A stretch of DNA of 63,012 nt from an uncultured Bacilli bacterium (GTDB lineage Bacteria; Bacillota_I; Bacilli_A; RF39; UBA660). The position numbers were made by a program, and so were the translations under genes. Shown one piece after another: positions 22,966-32,394 of the stretch. The notes under the pieces were generated by a model. The model ran no database searches. It was not told the DNA's origin and saw only the letters and a list, made by a program, of their open reading frames with translations. Where the stretch lies: contig CALVVB010000003.1 in assembly GCA_944363735.1 (NCBI GenBank), positions 1 through 63,012 on the forward strand. Direction: 5' to 3'. Position 1 is the first letter of the stretch. Each line of letters opens with the position of its first letter.

Positions 22966-23457
22966 TTATACTTTCAAGACTGATACAAACGAGCAGTCAT
23001 GTGATGCCCTTATGCTAGGGTTTCCTGAAGGAGATGTATAATCTACCTTCATTTGAATAATATCTCCTTCCTTTAAAGACACCACTTTAGCTGGAATTGA
23101 GCAAGTTGTATAATCTCTATTTATAATTCTTGCTAAATTACCTGTCACATTATTACCATTCACTGATATTTTAGCCCAAATATAATTATCGCCTAATGAT
23201 CCATCTACAAACAAAGCTCCACTTATAAGTGCAAAACAATCTTTCAAAACATTGATTTTGTGATTAATGCTATCAAGTTCAAAATAATTTCCACATTTTT
23301 CAGCATTAGCCATTAAAAATGTCATGTTATTATCGTTGTATATACTTTGATTTTCATTAAGATAGGCTACAATATAATTCTTCATTTCATATCTTTTATT
23401 AGGATTATCAAATTGCATAATTTTTCCATTTAACTTCAAAATATTATGATTCGCCAT
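22966..23457 (-). CDS. tail-fibre/receptor-binding-like cassette protein A (paralogue family)
   Basis: 163 aa. N-terminus HNILKLNGKIMQFDNPNKRYE is shared with the two upstream ORFs; the C-terminus is divergent. Confidence 0.55.
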   Translation of the reverse strand: MANHNILKLNGKIMQFDNPNKRYEMKNYIVAYLNENQSIYNDNNMTFLMANAEKCGNYFELDSINHKINVLKDCFALISGALFVDGSLGDNYIWAKISVNGNNVTGNLARIINRDYTTCSIPAKVVSLKEGDIIQMKVDYTSPSGNPSIRASHDCSFVSVLKV

Positions 23458-23486
23458 AATTAGATGGCTAATTATTTAACTCTCTC

Positions 23487-23915
23487 TCAATTATTAGAAT
23501 TATATATAAACTTTATTTCAGCCCAACCACTAAAATTTGACCTATCAATTGTAGTTTCAATTAAAAGATATAATATATTACTATTGACTTTTGTATTCAG
23601 ACCAATATTACTATTTGCCATACTTATAAAAGGAACAGGAATATATGTTTTATCACTACTTCTATAAGCCAAACATTCAATACTTGTTACAACTATTTCA
23701 TTAATATTTAAACCAGTATTTACTTCTAGGGCACTTGCATTTGGTAATTGAGCTATACTTATTCTTTTTATATACTCATCTTTTCCATCAACCTTTCGAC
23801 CTGTTTTTACTGGACTACCATTTGTTTTAAGATTATATTTTAATTCTTCATATCTCTTATTAGGATTATCAATTACTAAAATGTTATTTTCCTTTTCTAG
23901 GATATTATAATTCAC
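23487..23915 (-). CDS. tail-fibre/receptor-binding-like cassette protein B (paralogue family)
   Basis: 142 aa with an apparent GTG start. N-terminus YNILEKENNILVIDNPNKRYE. Confidence 0.5.
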   Translation of the reverse strand: MNYNILEKENNILVIDNPNKRYEELKYNLKTNGSPVKTGRKVDGKDEYIKRISIAQLPNASALEVNTGLNINEIVVTSIECLAYRSSDKTYIPVPFISMANSNIGLNTKVNSNILYLLIETTIDRSNFSGWAEIKFIYNSNN

Positions 23916-23934
23916 ACATTTCGCTTTTAGCTTA

Positions 23935-24339
23935 CTATGAGTTTTTCATTCCTATAACTTTAATGGGAATTACATGAATACTAGTGTCATCAAGGTTTCT
24001 TTTTGCAATTTGTGTTTTGTACTGTGTATCACTAACTCTATTAATAATTCTTCTTAATGACACACCATCTGTATACGAGACTGCTGAAATTAATAAACTA
24101 TTACCTTTCAAACAAGATTCACTAATATTATTACTATTAGACGTTGAATAAGCACATATCCATTCTAGTTCATCATAATCATCAGTAGATAAATTGATAA
24201 TCACATTTTCTCCCATTTCTTGACTAGGGTTACTATTAGTCCATAAGACTTTTCTTTTTCTCTTTTCATATTCTTTATTAGGATTATCAAAAGTTAGGAT
24301 TTTATCTCCTTTTTTCAGAATATTATGAACACTACTCAT
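23935..24339 (-). CDS. tail-fibre/receptor-binding-like cassette protein C (paralogue family)
   Basis: 134 aa. N-terminus HNILKKGDKILTFDNPNKEYE. RBS AAAGAGG. Confidence 0.55.
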   Translation of the reverse strand: MSSVHNILKKGDKILTFDNPNKEYEKRKRKVLWTNSNPSQEMGENVIINLSTDDYDELEWICAYSTSNSNNISESCLKGNSLLISAVSYTDGVSLRRIINRVSDTQYKTQIAKRNLDDTSIHVIPIKVIGMKNS

Positions 24340-24420
24340 AGTTACACCTCTTTAGAGAGAGAGAATTAAATACTAGCCTCTCCCTCCTTCCATCATTAGA
24401 GGAGTTAAGCCAAATAAGCT

Positions 24421-24430
24421 CCCCCCCCCC
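24421..24430. repeat. C10 (minus strand G10) homopolymer tract in the intergenic leader of the cassette genes
   Basis: Ten consecutive C in an otherwise very AT-rich window. A (GA)5-6/(TC)5 dinucleotide run lies at about 24353-24364. Confidence 0.95.
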
Positions 24431-24471
24431 ATGTAACATATTGTAAACTTATCATATTATCACTTTCCTTT

Positions 24472-25155
24472 CTATTCATCATCATACATAGAATCAATTA
24501 CTGCTTGTAATTCTTCATCTGTACAAGTTCCGAGAGTAATCATATTACTCTTTATATCATTTATTTCTACAAGTAATTCTCCTGCAGCATCCCCACTCAA
24601 TATCCCTTCCATCTGCTCAAATAAAGCATCAAATGCAGCCTGATATTGAGCAAATATTTCAGTAGTATCTAATTGTTGTACTGCTGATATTACTTGTCCG
24701 CAATCAGTAGAATTAAATCTACAGTCTTCTATCATTGATGTTGTTATACTATCAGCTTGTTTATTAACTGAAATATTACATAATCTTAATTCATATATAT
24801 TTGAATTTCTTGTAAGTTCTGGAGCTACTGGATTATCAGCATAAAATCCTTCTAAAACATCCGCTATTATCTGTCTATTTTCTTTAGAAAATCTTAGCAC
24901 AATACTATCTATTCTAGACTGTTCTGTATCTGATAAACTTATATTAATTACTTTATCAACCGGATTATTATAAAAGTATCCATTAATAAATGCTGTTCCT
25001 GATTTTAAAGTTACAGTCATATCATCATTAGCCTGTACTTGTAATTCATTGTTAAAAACACCATTAGTAAATAATTTTGAAAAAAAAGTGGCTATTAAGT
25101 CACTCTTATATTTTCTATCACCATTTATAGAGGCAAAAAAGCCTGATTCTTCCAT
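24472..25155 (-). CDS. putative tail fibre/baseplate protein
   Basis: 227 aa. N-terminal GFFASINGDRKYKSDLIATFFSKLFTNGVF resembles the conserved N-terminus of Firmicute phage tail-fibre proteins. Sits downstream of Tal. Confidence 0.5.
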   Translation of the reverse strand: MEESGFFASINGDRKYKSDLIATFFSKLFTNGVFNNELQVQANDDMTVTLKSGTAFINGYFYNNPVDKVINISLSDTEQSRIDSIVLRFSKENRQIIADVLEGFYADNPVAPELTRNSNIYELRLCNISVNKQADSITTSMIEDCRFNSTDCGQVISAVQQLDTTEIFAQYQAAFDALFEQMEGILSGDAAGELLVEINDIKSNMITLGTCTDEELQAVIDSMYDDE

Positions 25156-25169
25156 TTTATTTCACCACC

Positions 25170-27158
25170 TTAATCTAATTCTATTTTCTCAGCTAGAGGT
25201 TGTCCAAACGTAGGATATACAGATTTTGTACCATTTTCTATAGTTTCTTCAACCTCAGTAATTCTTAATGTTTCTTTTATATTCCAGTCAGCAATTTCTA
25301 CATCAACTATATCTCCTAAATCCCATTTAGTACGATAGTCATTTGATATAGCGGTAAACTCTATACTTTTTGTTTCATCACTTAACTTTTCCTTTCCTCT
25401 AGTTTCCAAAACATTTTTATATTCAGTAGATGAAAGATTATTATTACTTTCATTTTTAGCATCAAGAAAAGTTTCAAATAAATCAAAGCCCTCATAATCA
25501 CCTTTTTTAACTTCAACTAGAGTTCTACTAGTACCTTCTCCTGTACCACCTACTAAAACATAATTACATTTATCTATCAAAGTATCTGTATAAGTGGATT
25601 TTTCTAAATTATTGTGTGTTGTAGAAAATACATATCTTTCATTAAGACTCTGCTGACTAGAACGATTTAAACCAGTAAAGTTTTCAAATCTATATACTTT
25701 ATTTTCTATATTAGGAACTATTCTAAAACCTACATTTGAAAGTTTAGACAATTTACATAAATATTCATAAACATTTTTATAACTACATTGAAATTCAACA
25801 TAATCACTATCTATTGAAGTAGGTTCTATTTCAAAATCATCTGTTAATGCAGTCATTTCTCGTAAAAGTTGTTTCTGACCTTCTATTATGCTACCTTTAA
25901 AATTTATAATTTTACGAATAATTCTTCTTTTAGTTAAATAGGATAAAAAATTGCCAGATACTTTTAATTGAACATTATTTCCATCATCATTAAATTCAAT
26001 TGTATCAATTAGAGCAGCTTCATTATAATCTTGTCTAATAATTATATTATCTTTTTTAGATAACAAATTAATATTATTTTGATATGGGGCAACAACTAAC
26101 TCAAATTCTCCTGCTTCATAATACTTGCGTCTCCATCTCAAAGAAATAAATTGATCAACTACACCTAAAAAATTTAATTCTTTATCAAAAACATATAATG
26201 ATTCATCATTAGAATATGTTAATTCCCTTGAAATCTGTGAATAAGTTATAGGAATAGTACCAGTACTAGAATATCTTCCAGCTGATACTACATAATAGTT
26301 ATTAGCAAAAACAACACCATACATAACTGTTCTAACAAAATTATCTTGTTCTTCTACCCAGTCAATACCATTTATAGATGTTAAAATTGTTCCATTGTAA
26401 CCAACAGCAATAAAAGTACCATTTCCATATCTAGAACGTATTAAATAAGATGTTGTATTAGACTTTTGTTTAGTCCAATTAATACCATCTACTGACGTTA
26501 GAATTGTTCCATTAGCACCAGTTACTACAAACATATTTCTACCATAAATAACACCCACAAGTTTATCAGTAACGCCTGAATTGACTTTAGTCCAATTCTT
26601 TAAATCTTTAGAAATTATAATAGTTCCAGTACAACCAACAATAACATATAGGCCATTACCATAAGCTATATCCATACTATCAATATTATCAGGTCCATCA
26701 TATCTAAATTCATGTTTAGTAATATTATTGCCATCTATTGTTTCATAAATTTGAATTATCGTATAATTTCTAATACCTGTAACAATATTATAGTTATACC
26801 ATCCTGTTATAAAAACAAAACGATTATTAATAAAGCGACAAGAATTCGATGTCATCGAAAAATCTTTTCCTGTATTTATATTATTATAATTCCAATTAAT
26901 ACCATCATCAGATATAGCAATATATGTATTACTACCATCATTTGCATTTCCCGTTATCATAAATTTAGAATTTCCAAATGCTAAACTTTTTGTTTGAGAT
27001 ATCTTAGAAGAATCTAATTTAATATCAGTCCAATTCTTTAAATCATTACTATAAGCAATTCCACAAGGATCATAATGGGCAAGCCAAAACATTTCATTAG
27101 CATAAATAATATCTTGACCATATCCTTTAACATTGGTGTCTACATCAACCCACTTCAT
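25170..27158 (-). CDS. tail-associated/baseplate hub protein (Gp37-like C-terminal half) with N-terminal beta-propeller-like repeats
   Basis: 662 aa. Residues ~30-310 hold 5-6 ~45-aa repeats (G.NG.ILTS.DG.NW). The C-terminal half starts with the SLRWRRKYYEAGEFELV motif typical of siphovirus Tal/Gp37-like proteins. Position is after Dit. Confidence 0.6.
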   Translation of the reverse strand: MKWVDVDTNVKGYGQDIIYANEMFWLAHYDPCGIAYSNDLKNWTDIKLDSSKISQTKSLAFGNSKFMITGNANDGSNTYIAISDDGINWNYNNINTGKDFSMTSNSCRFINNRFVFITGWYNYNIVTGIRNYTIIQIYETIDGNNITKHEFRYDGPDNIDSMDIAYGNGLYVIVGCTGTIIISKDLKNWTKVNSGVTDKLVGVIYGRNMFVVTGANGTILTSVDGINWTKQKSNTTSYLIRSRYGNGTFIAVGYNGTILTSINGIDWVEEQDNFVRTVMYGVVFANNYYVVSAGRYSSTGTIPITYSQISRELTYSNDESLYVFDKELNFLGVVDQFISLRWRRKYYEAGEFELVVAPYQNNINLLSKKDNIIIRQDYNEAALIDTIEFNDDGNNVQLKVSGNFLSYLTKRRIIRKIINFKGSIIEGQKQLLREMTALTDDFEIEPTSIDSDYVEFQCSYKNVYEYLCKLSKLSNVGFRIVPNIENKVYRFENFTGLNRSSQQSLNERYVFSTTHNNLEKSTYTDTLIDKCNYVLVGGTGEGTSRTLVEVKKGDYEGFDLFETFLDAKNESNNNLSSTEYKNVLETRGKEKLSDETKSIEFTAISNDYRTKWDLGDIVDVEIADWNIKETLRITEVEETIENGTKSVYPTFGQPLAEKIELD

Positions 27159-28006
27159 TATACTGCCTCATAAGATAAGGAATATCTAATTTCAGTAGTT
27201 AAATTTTCTATTCCTTCTTCTGCTAAAATTTTAAAATTATTTTGCCCGGGCTTTAATTGTAGAAACTTTGTACCAAACAATAAATAATTATTTATATTTG
27301 TTTCAACACCATCTCTATTTAAAATAATGTTCTTATTATTTATACCTGTAGTAATTGTAACCACATCACCTATTACAAGATCATAGTCTAAAGTTAATAC
27401 TTCTTGATTAACTATATTTTTAATTGAAGGTTTTTTTACAGAACCACTACAAGTGAATATAATTGTTAACTCATTTTCAATTTTTGTGGGATTATTAATT
27501 TCTGCTACCATATTATTATTTTTAGTTTCAAACTCTATTCCCTCTTCAGGTATTTCTAAAGGAAATTCTATTCCTCCTTCCCAAGAAGCAAGAGGGATAA
27601 TAGTTTCTTCTATATCAGTAAAGAAAGGTTCAAAGGCAATTAAAGAAATTGTAAAATATCTAATGGGACCAGTTTTAGTAATTTCAACTTTTTCAACCCT
27701 ACATTTTATTTTGGAAGAAAAATCATCTTCATAATAAAAAAGAGTTCCCTCATCATTATCTGGAAAAGCATTATATAGGAATTGCCTTCTTTCAATAAAA
27801 TTATTTTTAAAGTATCCATAGATCATTATATTTCTTTTATTTATACTTCTTCCTACATAAAGTTCTCCAATTCCAAAAGCTGAGCTAACACCATATAATT
27901 CAGAAGATTTTTCATGAATCCCTGTATAATCTTCCAAAAAATAAGGAAATTTATTTGTTAATTCAATTTTGTTTCCATAAGAGTTTTCATATACCAATTT
28001 TTCCAT
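27158..28006 (-). CDS. distal tail protein (Dit)
   Basis: 282 aa, immediately downstream of the tape measure with an ATGA-type overlap with Tal. The call rests on position and size. Confidence 0.65.
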   Translation of the reverse strand: MEKLVYENSYGNKIELTNKFPYFLEDYTGIHEKSSELYGVSSAFGIGELYVGRSINKRNIMIYGYFKNNFIERRQFLYNAFPDNDEGTLFYYEDDFSSKIKCRVEKVEITKTGPIRYFTISLIAFEPFFTDIEETIIPLASWEGGIEFPLEIPEEGIEFETKNNNMVAEINNPTKIENELTIIFTCSGSVKKPSIKNIVNQEVLTLDYDLVIGDVVTITTGINNKNIILNRDGVETNINNYLLFGTKFLQLKPGQNNFKILAEEGIENLTTEIRYSLSYEAV

Positions 28007-28009
28007 ATC

Positions 28010-30553
28010 CTAACCTCTTTTCAATTTCCATATTAATTGCCTCATTTCATTTCTAGCTTCTCTTGCAGCATCTGCTGGACCAATATATTTAGAATAACTA
28101 TTAATATTAATAGTAGGCTTAAATTCTACTGGCTTATCATTATTATTAATACCTTCATCATCTAAATTAGTATTTTTAGATCTATTATTAAGTGGAACTA
28201 CTTTAGTTTTATTACCTTGTTGTAAAAGCAATTCTGGGCCTGCTTCCGCAACAATTGCAGCACCATTTAATAAAGTACCACCATTTGCCATATAAGGAAT
28301 TTTACCGATTTCTTTTATATTTATTCCTATCTTTTTGCCACCATATTCAGGTACCCAGTCAGGAACTTCAAAGCTAATCTTATTTAAGCCTCTTATCAAG
28401 AAGTTTAAACCATCTATAACAATATTAAGAAGTCCAATAATACCATTCAATGGAACTTTAGCAATAGATAATAATCCATTAAATATACCAGAAAAAATAT
28501 TTTGAATTCCTTGCCAAGCCAAGGACCAATTTCCAGTAAAAACTCCTGTAACAAAATCTATAATACCTTGTAATATTTGCTTAATTGAATTATAAAAATT
28601 TGATATGTTTACAATAAAAGCATTAACTACATTTCCAACTATTCCAAAAGAATTTGTCCAGTCAGTTTGAAAAATACCAGTTAAAAACTCATCTACTGAT
28701 GTAAAAACACCTAAAATAAAATTCCAACCATTTATAACAGCATTTTTAAAGTTTTCATTTGTGTTCCATAAATAAATAAAAAGTGCAACTAATGCTGTTA
28801 TTGCTGCTATTACTAAAACTATAGGATTAGCAGCTAAAAAAGATAAAGCTGTAGATACACCAGTTATTGCTGTTTTTCCAATAGCAAGAACTGCATTTAA
28901 TCCCATCTGGGCTACCTTCATTGCATTTGTAGCAACCGTTACTGCTCCTTTTCTAGCAGCATTTAATGCTAAAGCAACATTTTCATTAGTAAATAAATTT
29001 ATAATTTTGCTTACACTACTAGCTAATGTACCAAACACTATTAATAATGGACCAATAGCAGCAACTAATAACCCTATTGTAATAATTACATTTTTTGTTC
29101 CAGTATCTAAACTATCAAACCAATTAATTAAATTATCTAAACCATCAGCCATACTATCTAAAACAGGAAGTATATTGGCTAACATGGTTTCACCTATTGA
29201 TGAAAAAGATGTCTGCAACCTATTCTTCATAGTTTGAATTTTTGCTTCTGTGCCACTATACATAGTATCTTGAGCAGAATTAGCTTTATTAGCAACATCA
29301 TCATAAGTACTACTAACATCATTTAAAGATGTAATAATAGCCATAGCATTATCTTCACCTAATGCAGACCATACATTAGAAGCTAAAGTTAAAGCTTCTT
29401 GTTTATTTTCCATTTGCTCTAAATCAGAAATAACAGAATAGAATACATCTTTAGCAGTTGCATTTCCATTTTTAAATTCATTAAATAAATTTCTAGTACC
29501 AGATGAAAAAGAACTTAAATTTTCTTCTATTCTTCCATCAGATAAAGATATAGTAAATTCTTTAACAAAATCGTTTACTTTATCTAAGTTATATGCACCA
29601 CTATCTAAACCATTTTGTAATATAGTGAACATTTCTTTAGCAGAAAAACCTGCTTGGCCCCATAATTGAGAATATTCAGCAATATTATCTGTTAATTCAT
29701 CGGATTTATTAAGACCATTTTGAGCACCTACTACAATATAATTAAATGCCTCATCAGCAGTTAATCCCATATTATTTATTAGACCAGTAACACCCCTAAT
29801 AGTTTCATTAAAATCCATGCCAAAAGCATCTTCTAAAAAGTATGCTTTTTCTGTTATATTTTGTAAATCAGCATCATTAATATCACCTAGTTGTTGTTTT
29901 ACTAATGCCATTTTATCTGCAATGTCAGCATAATCACTACCATAATTATTATCATGTATATTTTTTAATATTGTTTCAAATCTCTCTGTTTCTGATACAC
30001 TAGCACCAGTAGCAGTTATAAATCTATTTGTGGCTGTTTCTAGCGACATAGCGGTACTTGTTGCAGCAGCATCAATACCTATTATTCCAGCAGAAAGAAC
30101 TGATGCTTTTTTACCTGCATCTGTTAATTTCTGACCATTTTCTTGAAGTTGTTTTGAATAATCCTTTAAATCAGCTGTTCCCAACTCAATTTGTTTACTA
30201 ACATCTTTAATTTGAGTACCATATCTTGTTAATTGTGTTTCAGCAGCTTTTAAAGATGTTCTTTTTTTAGTTATAGCTACTTCATTTCTGTTTTCAGAAT
30301 TTTCTAGTTCTTCTAATTCTTCTTTTAGAACTTTAACTTTATTTTTCTGAAGATCATACGCAGAGTTTAAATAATCTAACTTATCAATTAATTTTTGACT
30401 AGAAGTAGTGTTTTCATCATATTGAGCTTGAACTGCTTTAAAATCTTGATAATTTTCTTTTAAAGAAGCATTTACACTATTTAATGATTTTATAAAATCT
30501 GTACTACCATCAGCATTAAATACAAGGCCTACTTTTTTCAAATCACTTGCCAT
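28010..30553 (-). CDS. tail tape measure protein
   Basis: 847 aa. Coiled-coil N-terminus, a central hydrophobic/Gly-rich segment, and the largest gene of the tail module. Confidence 0.88.
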   Translation of the reverse strand: MASDLKKVGLVFNADGSTDFIKSLNSVNASLKENYQDFKAVQAQYDENTTSSQKLIDKLDYLNSAYDLQKNKVKVLKEELEELENSENRNEVAITKKRTSLKAAETQLTRYGTQIKDVSKQIELGTADLKDYSKQLQENGQKLTDAGKKASVLSAGIIGIDAAATSTAMSLETATNRFITATGASVSETERFETILKNIHDNNYGSDYADIADKMALVKQQLGDINDADLQNITEKAYFLEDAFGMDFNETIRGVTGLINNMGLTADEAFNYIVVGAQNGLNKSDELTDNIAEYSQLWGQAGFSAKEMFTILQNGLDSGAYNLDKVNDFVKEFTISLSDGRIEENLSSFSSGTRNLFNEFKNGNATAKDVFYSVISDLEQMENKQEALTLASNVWSALGEDNAMAIITSLNDVSSTYDDVANKANSAQDTMYSGTEAKIQTMKNRLQTSFSSIGETMLANILPVLDSMADGLDNLINWFDSLDTGTKNVIITIGLLVAAIGPLLIVFGTLASSVSKIINLFTNENVALALNAARKGAVTVATNAMKVAQMGLNAVLAIGKTAITGVSTALSFLAANPIVLVIAAITALVALFIYLWNTNENFKNAVINGWNFILGVFTSVDEFLTGIFQTDWTNSFGIVGNVVNAFIVNISNFYNSIKQILQGIIDFVTGVFTGNWSLAWQGIQNIFSGIFNGLLSIAKVPLNGIIGLLNIVIDGLNFLIRGLNKISFEVPDWVPEYGGKKIGINIKEIGKIPYMANGGTLLNGAAIVAEAGPELLLQQGNKTKVVPLNNRSKNTNLDDEGINNNDKPVEFKPTININSYSKYIGPADAAREARNEMRQLIWKLKRG

Positions 30554-31009
30554 ATTTCTTCCTTTGCATTTTTATATACATATCAACCATTCTATAAAAT
30601 TCAACTGGATTTAGATGCATTAATTCATCTATACTTAATCCAATTGTAATAGCAGTATATTTAATAGTAGCCCAGTCTATCTTTTCGATTTCTTTCGTGG
30701 TGTATATTTCTGGCCTTTTTTTTTAAAATCATTTTGAGTTCTTAAGTTTTCTTCAAAGAACTTATTAATAGTATTAATATCTTCCATTTTTACTAGTCTA
30801 ATAGCTTCTTGATAGCCTAATTTTTCATCATAATTGGCTCTAACAGCAGCATAGATAAATAAACTTTCTATCTTCAATAAGTTTTTCTTCTGTTTCATAT
30901 CTATCTTTAACTGTTTTAAGCCACCTTCATAATCCTCTAAATACTGCATTACAAGAAAGCTCCACTCTAATTCTATTTTTTTACCATTTTTTAAAGTAAT
31001 AATTGCCAT
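30543..31009 (-). CDS. tail assembly chaperone GT-like product made by -1 programmed frameshift
   Basis: The -1 frame is open from the A9 run. It adds ...RPEIYTTKEIEKIDWATIKYTAITIGLSIDELMHLNPVEFYRMVDMYIKMQRKKYGK and stops at 30543, overlapping the tape measure start. Confidence 0.6.
30677..31009 (-). CDS. tail assembly chaperone (G-like, frame 0 product)
   Basis: 110 aa between the major tail and tape measure genes. Ends shortly after an A9 slippery run. Confidence 0.75.
   Translation of the reverse strand: MAIITLKNGKKIELEWSFLVMQYLEDYEGGLKQLKIDMKQKKNLLKIESLFIYAAVRANYDEKLGYQEAIRLVKMEDINTINKFFEENLRTQNDFKKKGQKYTPRKKSKR
30716..30724 (-). promoter_or_regulatory. slippery sequence (A AAA AAA AAG context) for the G/GT -1 frameshift
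   Basis: T9 on the + strand, which is A9 on the coding strand, within GATTTTAAAAAAAAAGGCCAG. Confidence 0.6.
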
Positions 31010-31059
31010 AAGTCACCTCCTAAATAAAAAAATAGAGAGCTAATATAAATTAACTCTCT

Positions 31060-31689
31060 TTAAGCTGTTGGTGTAATAGCACTAGCCAAATCTTCTTTAG
31101 TAACAATAGGTTTTTCAAAGAATTTTTCTTCTGTAAGCCCTTCAGGAAAATTAGTCATTGTACTATCAACATAATTTTTGTTATCACCTTTATCATTAAA
31201 CTCATAAGCTCTAATTGTAACTGTGTCGTTTTGTTCTGAAAAACTTTCTTCACTAGTTGCAATATCATCTGTATTTTCAATTAATTGGCATTTAGGGTAC
31301 CAGTCCCATCTTACCCCTCCACCAACTAATTTAACTACTTTACCATACGCAAAGTATGGCCTTTCTTTAACACCTCCAGAAGAGTTAAGACCACCTTCGT
31401 CAATTGTTTCTCCTCTCATACGTGCTAAATCTTCTTGTGGAAAAGCCACTACTTCTACTGCCAAATCAGTACTAGATATATTATTAAAACTAGCATAATC
31501 TTTTCCTGAAGCACGAACAGTAGTAGTTTCTCCATTTTCAGTAGTACCTATTTGTTTAACAACATCAGTCTTTACAGTTTGTTCATAATTTTCTAAATCT
31601 ACATTACCATCTTCATCAGGAACATTAAATGCATAATACTGTGCACCTACTGTTTCTTTCATCATTGGTCTTTTTGATTTTATAGCCAT
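31060..31689 (-). CDS. major tail protein
   Basis: 209 aa with a strong RBS, upstream of the chaperone pair. Assigned by position and size. Confidence 0.7.
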   Translation of the reverse strand: MAIKSKRPMMKETVGAQYYAFNVPDEDGNVDLENYEQTVKTDVVKQIGTTENGETTTVRASGKDYASFNNISSTDLAVEVVAFPQEDLARMRGETIDEGGLNSSGGVKERPYFAYGKVVKLVGGGVRWDWYPKCQLIENTDDIATSEESFSEQNDTVTIRAYEFNDKGDNKNYVDSTMTNFPEGLTEEKFFEKPIVTKEDLASAITPTA

Positions 31690-31712
31690 TTCTATTCCTC
31701 CTATCTATAAAA

Positions 31713-32069
31713 CTATCTATAAATTCTTTCTATCATTTTTTCATAATATTTATCATTATTTCTCTCAAAAGTAGGAACTAAATGAGGTTGTGGAGAAGTT
31801 AATTTTGTTCCTTCCTCAACCATTCTTCCATAATACTTACCCCAACCTACTTCTATTTCATTACCTTTTATCTCGTAACAAAAGCTATCAACTAAATGAG
31901 TATAACCATTACTAGTTATTTTTGAATAAGGTTTTGTTAATTTTAATAAATCTTTAACAAGTTCTTTAGCACCAACTTCTAATATCTCTGTTGGTTTTTC
32001 AACATTTTTAATTAAAGAATCTAATTCATCAATTAAAGAAGTAAAACCATCATAGGCTTGAACAGACAT
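31713..32069 (-). CDS. HK97 gp10-family tail/neck protein
   Basis: 118 aa. The ...MVEEGT...PQPHLVPTFE motif is typical of the HK97 gp10 family. Confidence 0.65.
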   Translation of the reverse strand: MSVQAYDGFTSLIDELDSLIKNVEKPTEILEVGAKELVKDLLKLTKPYSKITSNGYTHLVDSFCYEIKGNEIEVGWGKYYGRMVEEGTKLTSPQPHLVPTFERNNDKYYEKMIERIYR

Positions 32070-32394
32070 CTTCTATTACCTCTACTGCAAAATATGAGTG
32101 CCACTCCCTTTTATCTTTTATATACTCAATAGAAATTCTAGGATGTATATCAGAATCATTTAAGAGTTTTTTTAGCTCTATTAATTTAGGATCACGAGGC
32201 TCTAATGATCTAAAAGATACTTGATAATGAACAATGCCGTCATATTTCTTTCCGGAAGCTAATATATCTTCCCACAAGTATTCAAAATAAACTATTCTGG
32301 GATATGAATCATTTTTTTCCATATATTGAATACCTTCATTATAAGTAATTTCAAGTTTTTTAAATAAGTTCTCTAATTCACTTTTTGTCATCAT
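32050..32394 (-). CDS. head-tail joining protein (hypothetical)
   Basis: The likely start is MMTKSELEN behind GGAGG. The longer track ORF to 32505 overlaps the upstream gene. Confidence 0.5.
   Translation of the reverse strand: MMTKSELENLFKKLEITYNEGIQYMEKNDSYPRIVYFEYLWEDILASGKKYDGIVHYQVSFRSLEPRDPKLIELKKLLNDSDIHPRISIEYIKDKREWHSYFAVEVIEDVCSSL

Noticed and set aside
24340-24471. The idea that changing the G10 tract length could fuse the upstream fibre gene (24472-25155) or the mini-ORF in frame to cassette C.
   Set aside because: I translated all three tract-length variants. None creates an in-frame fusion. Only the termination-reinitiation arrangement with G9 remains, and that is reported as a hypothesis.
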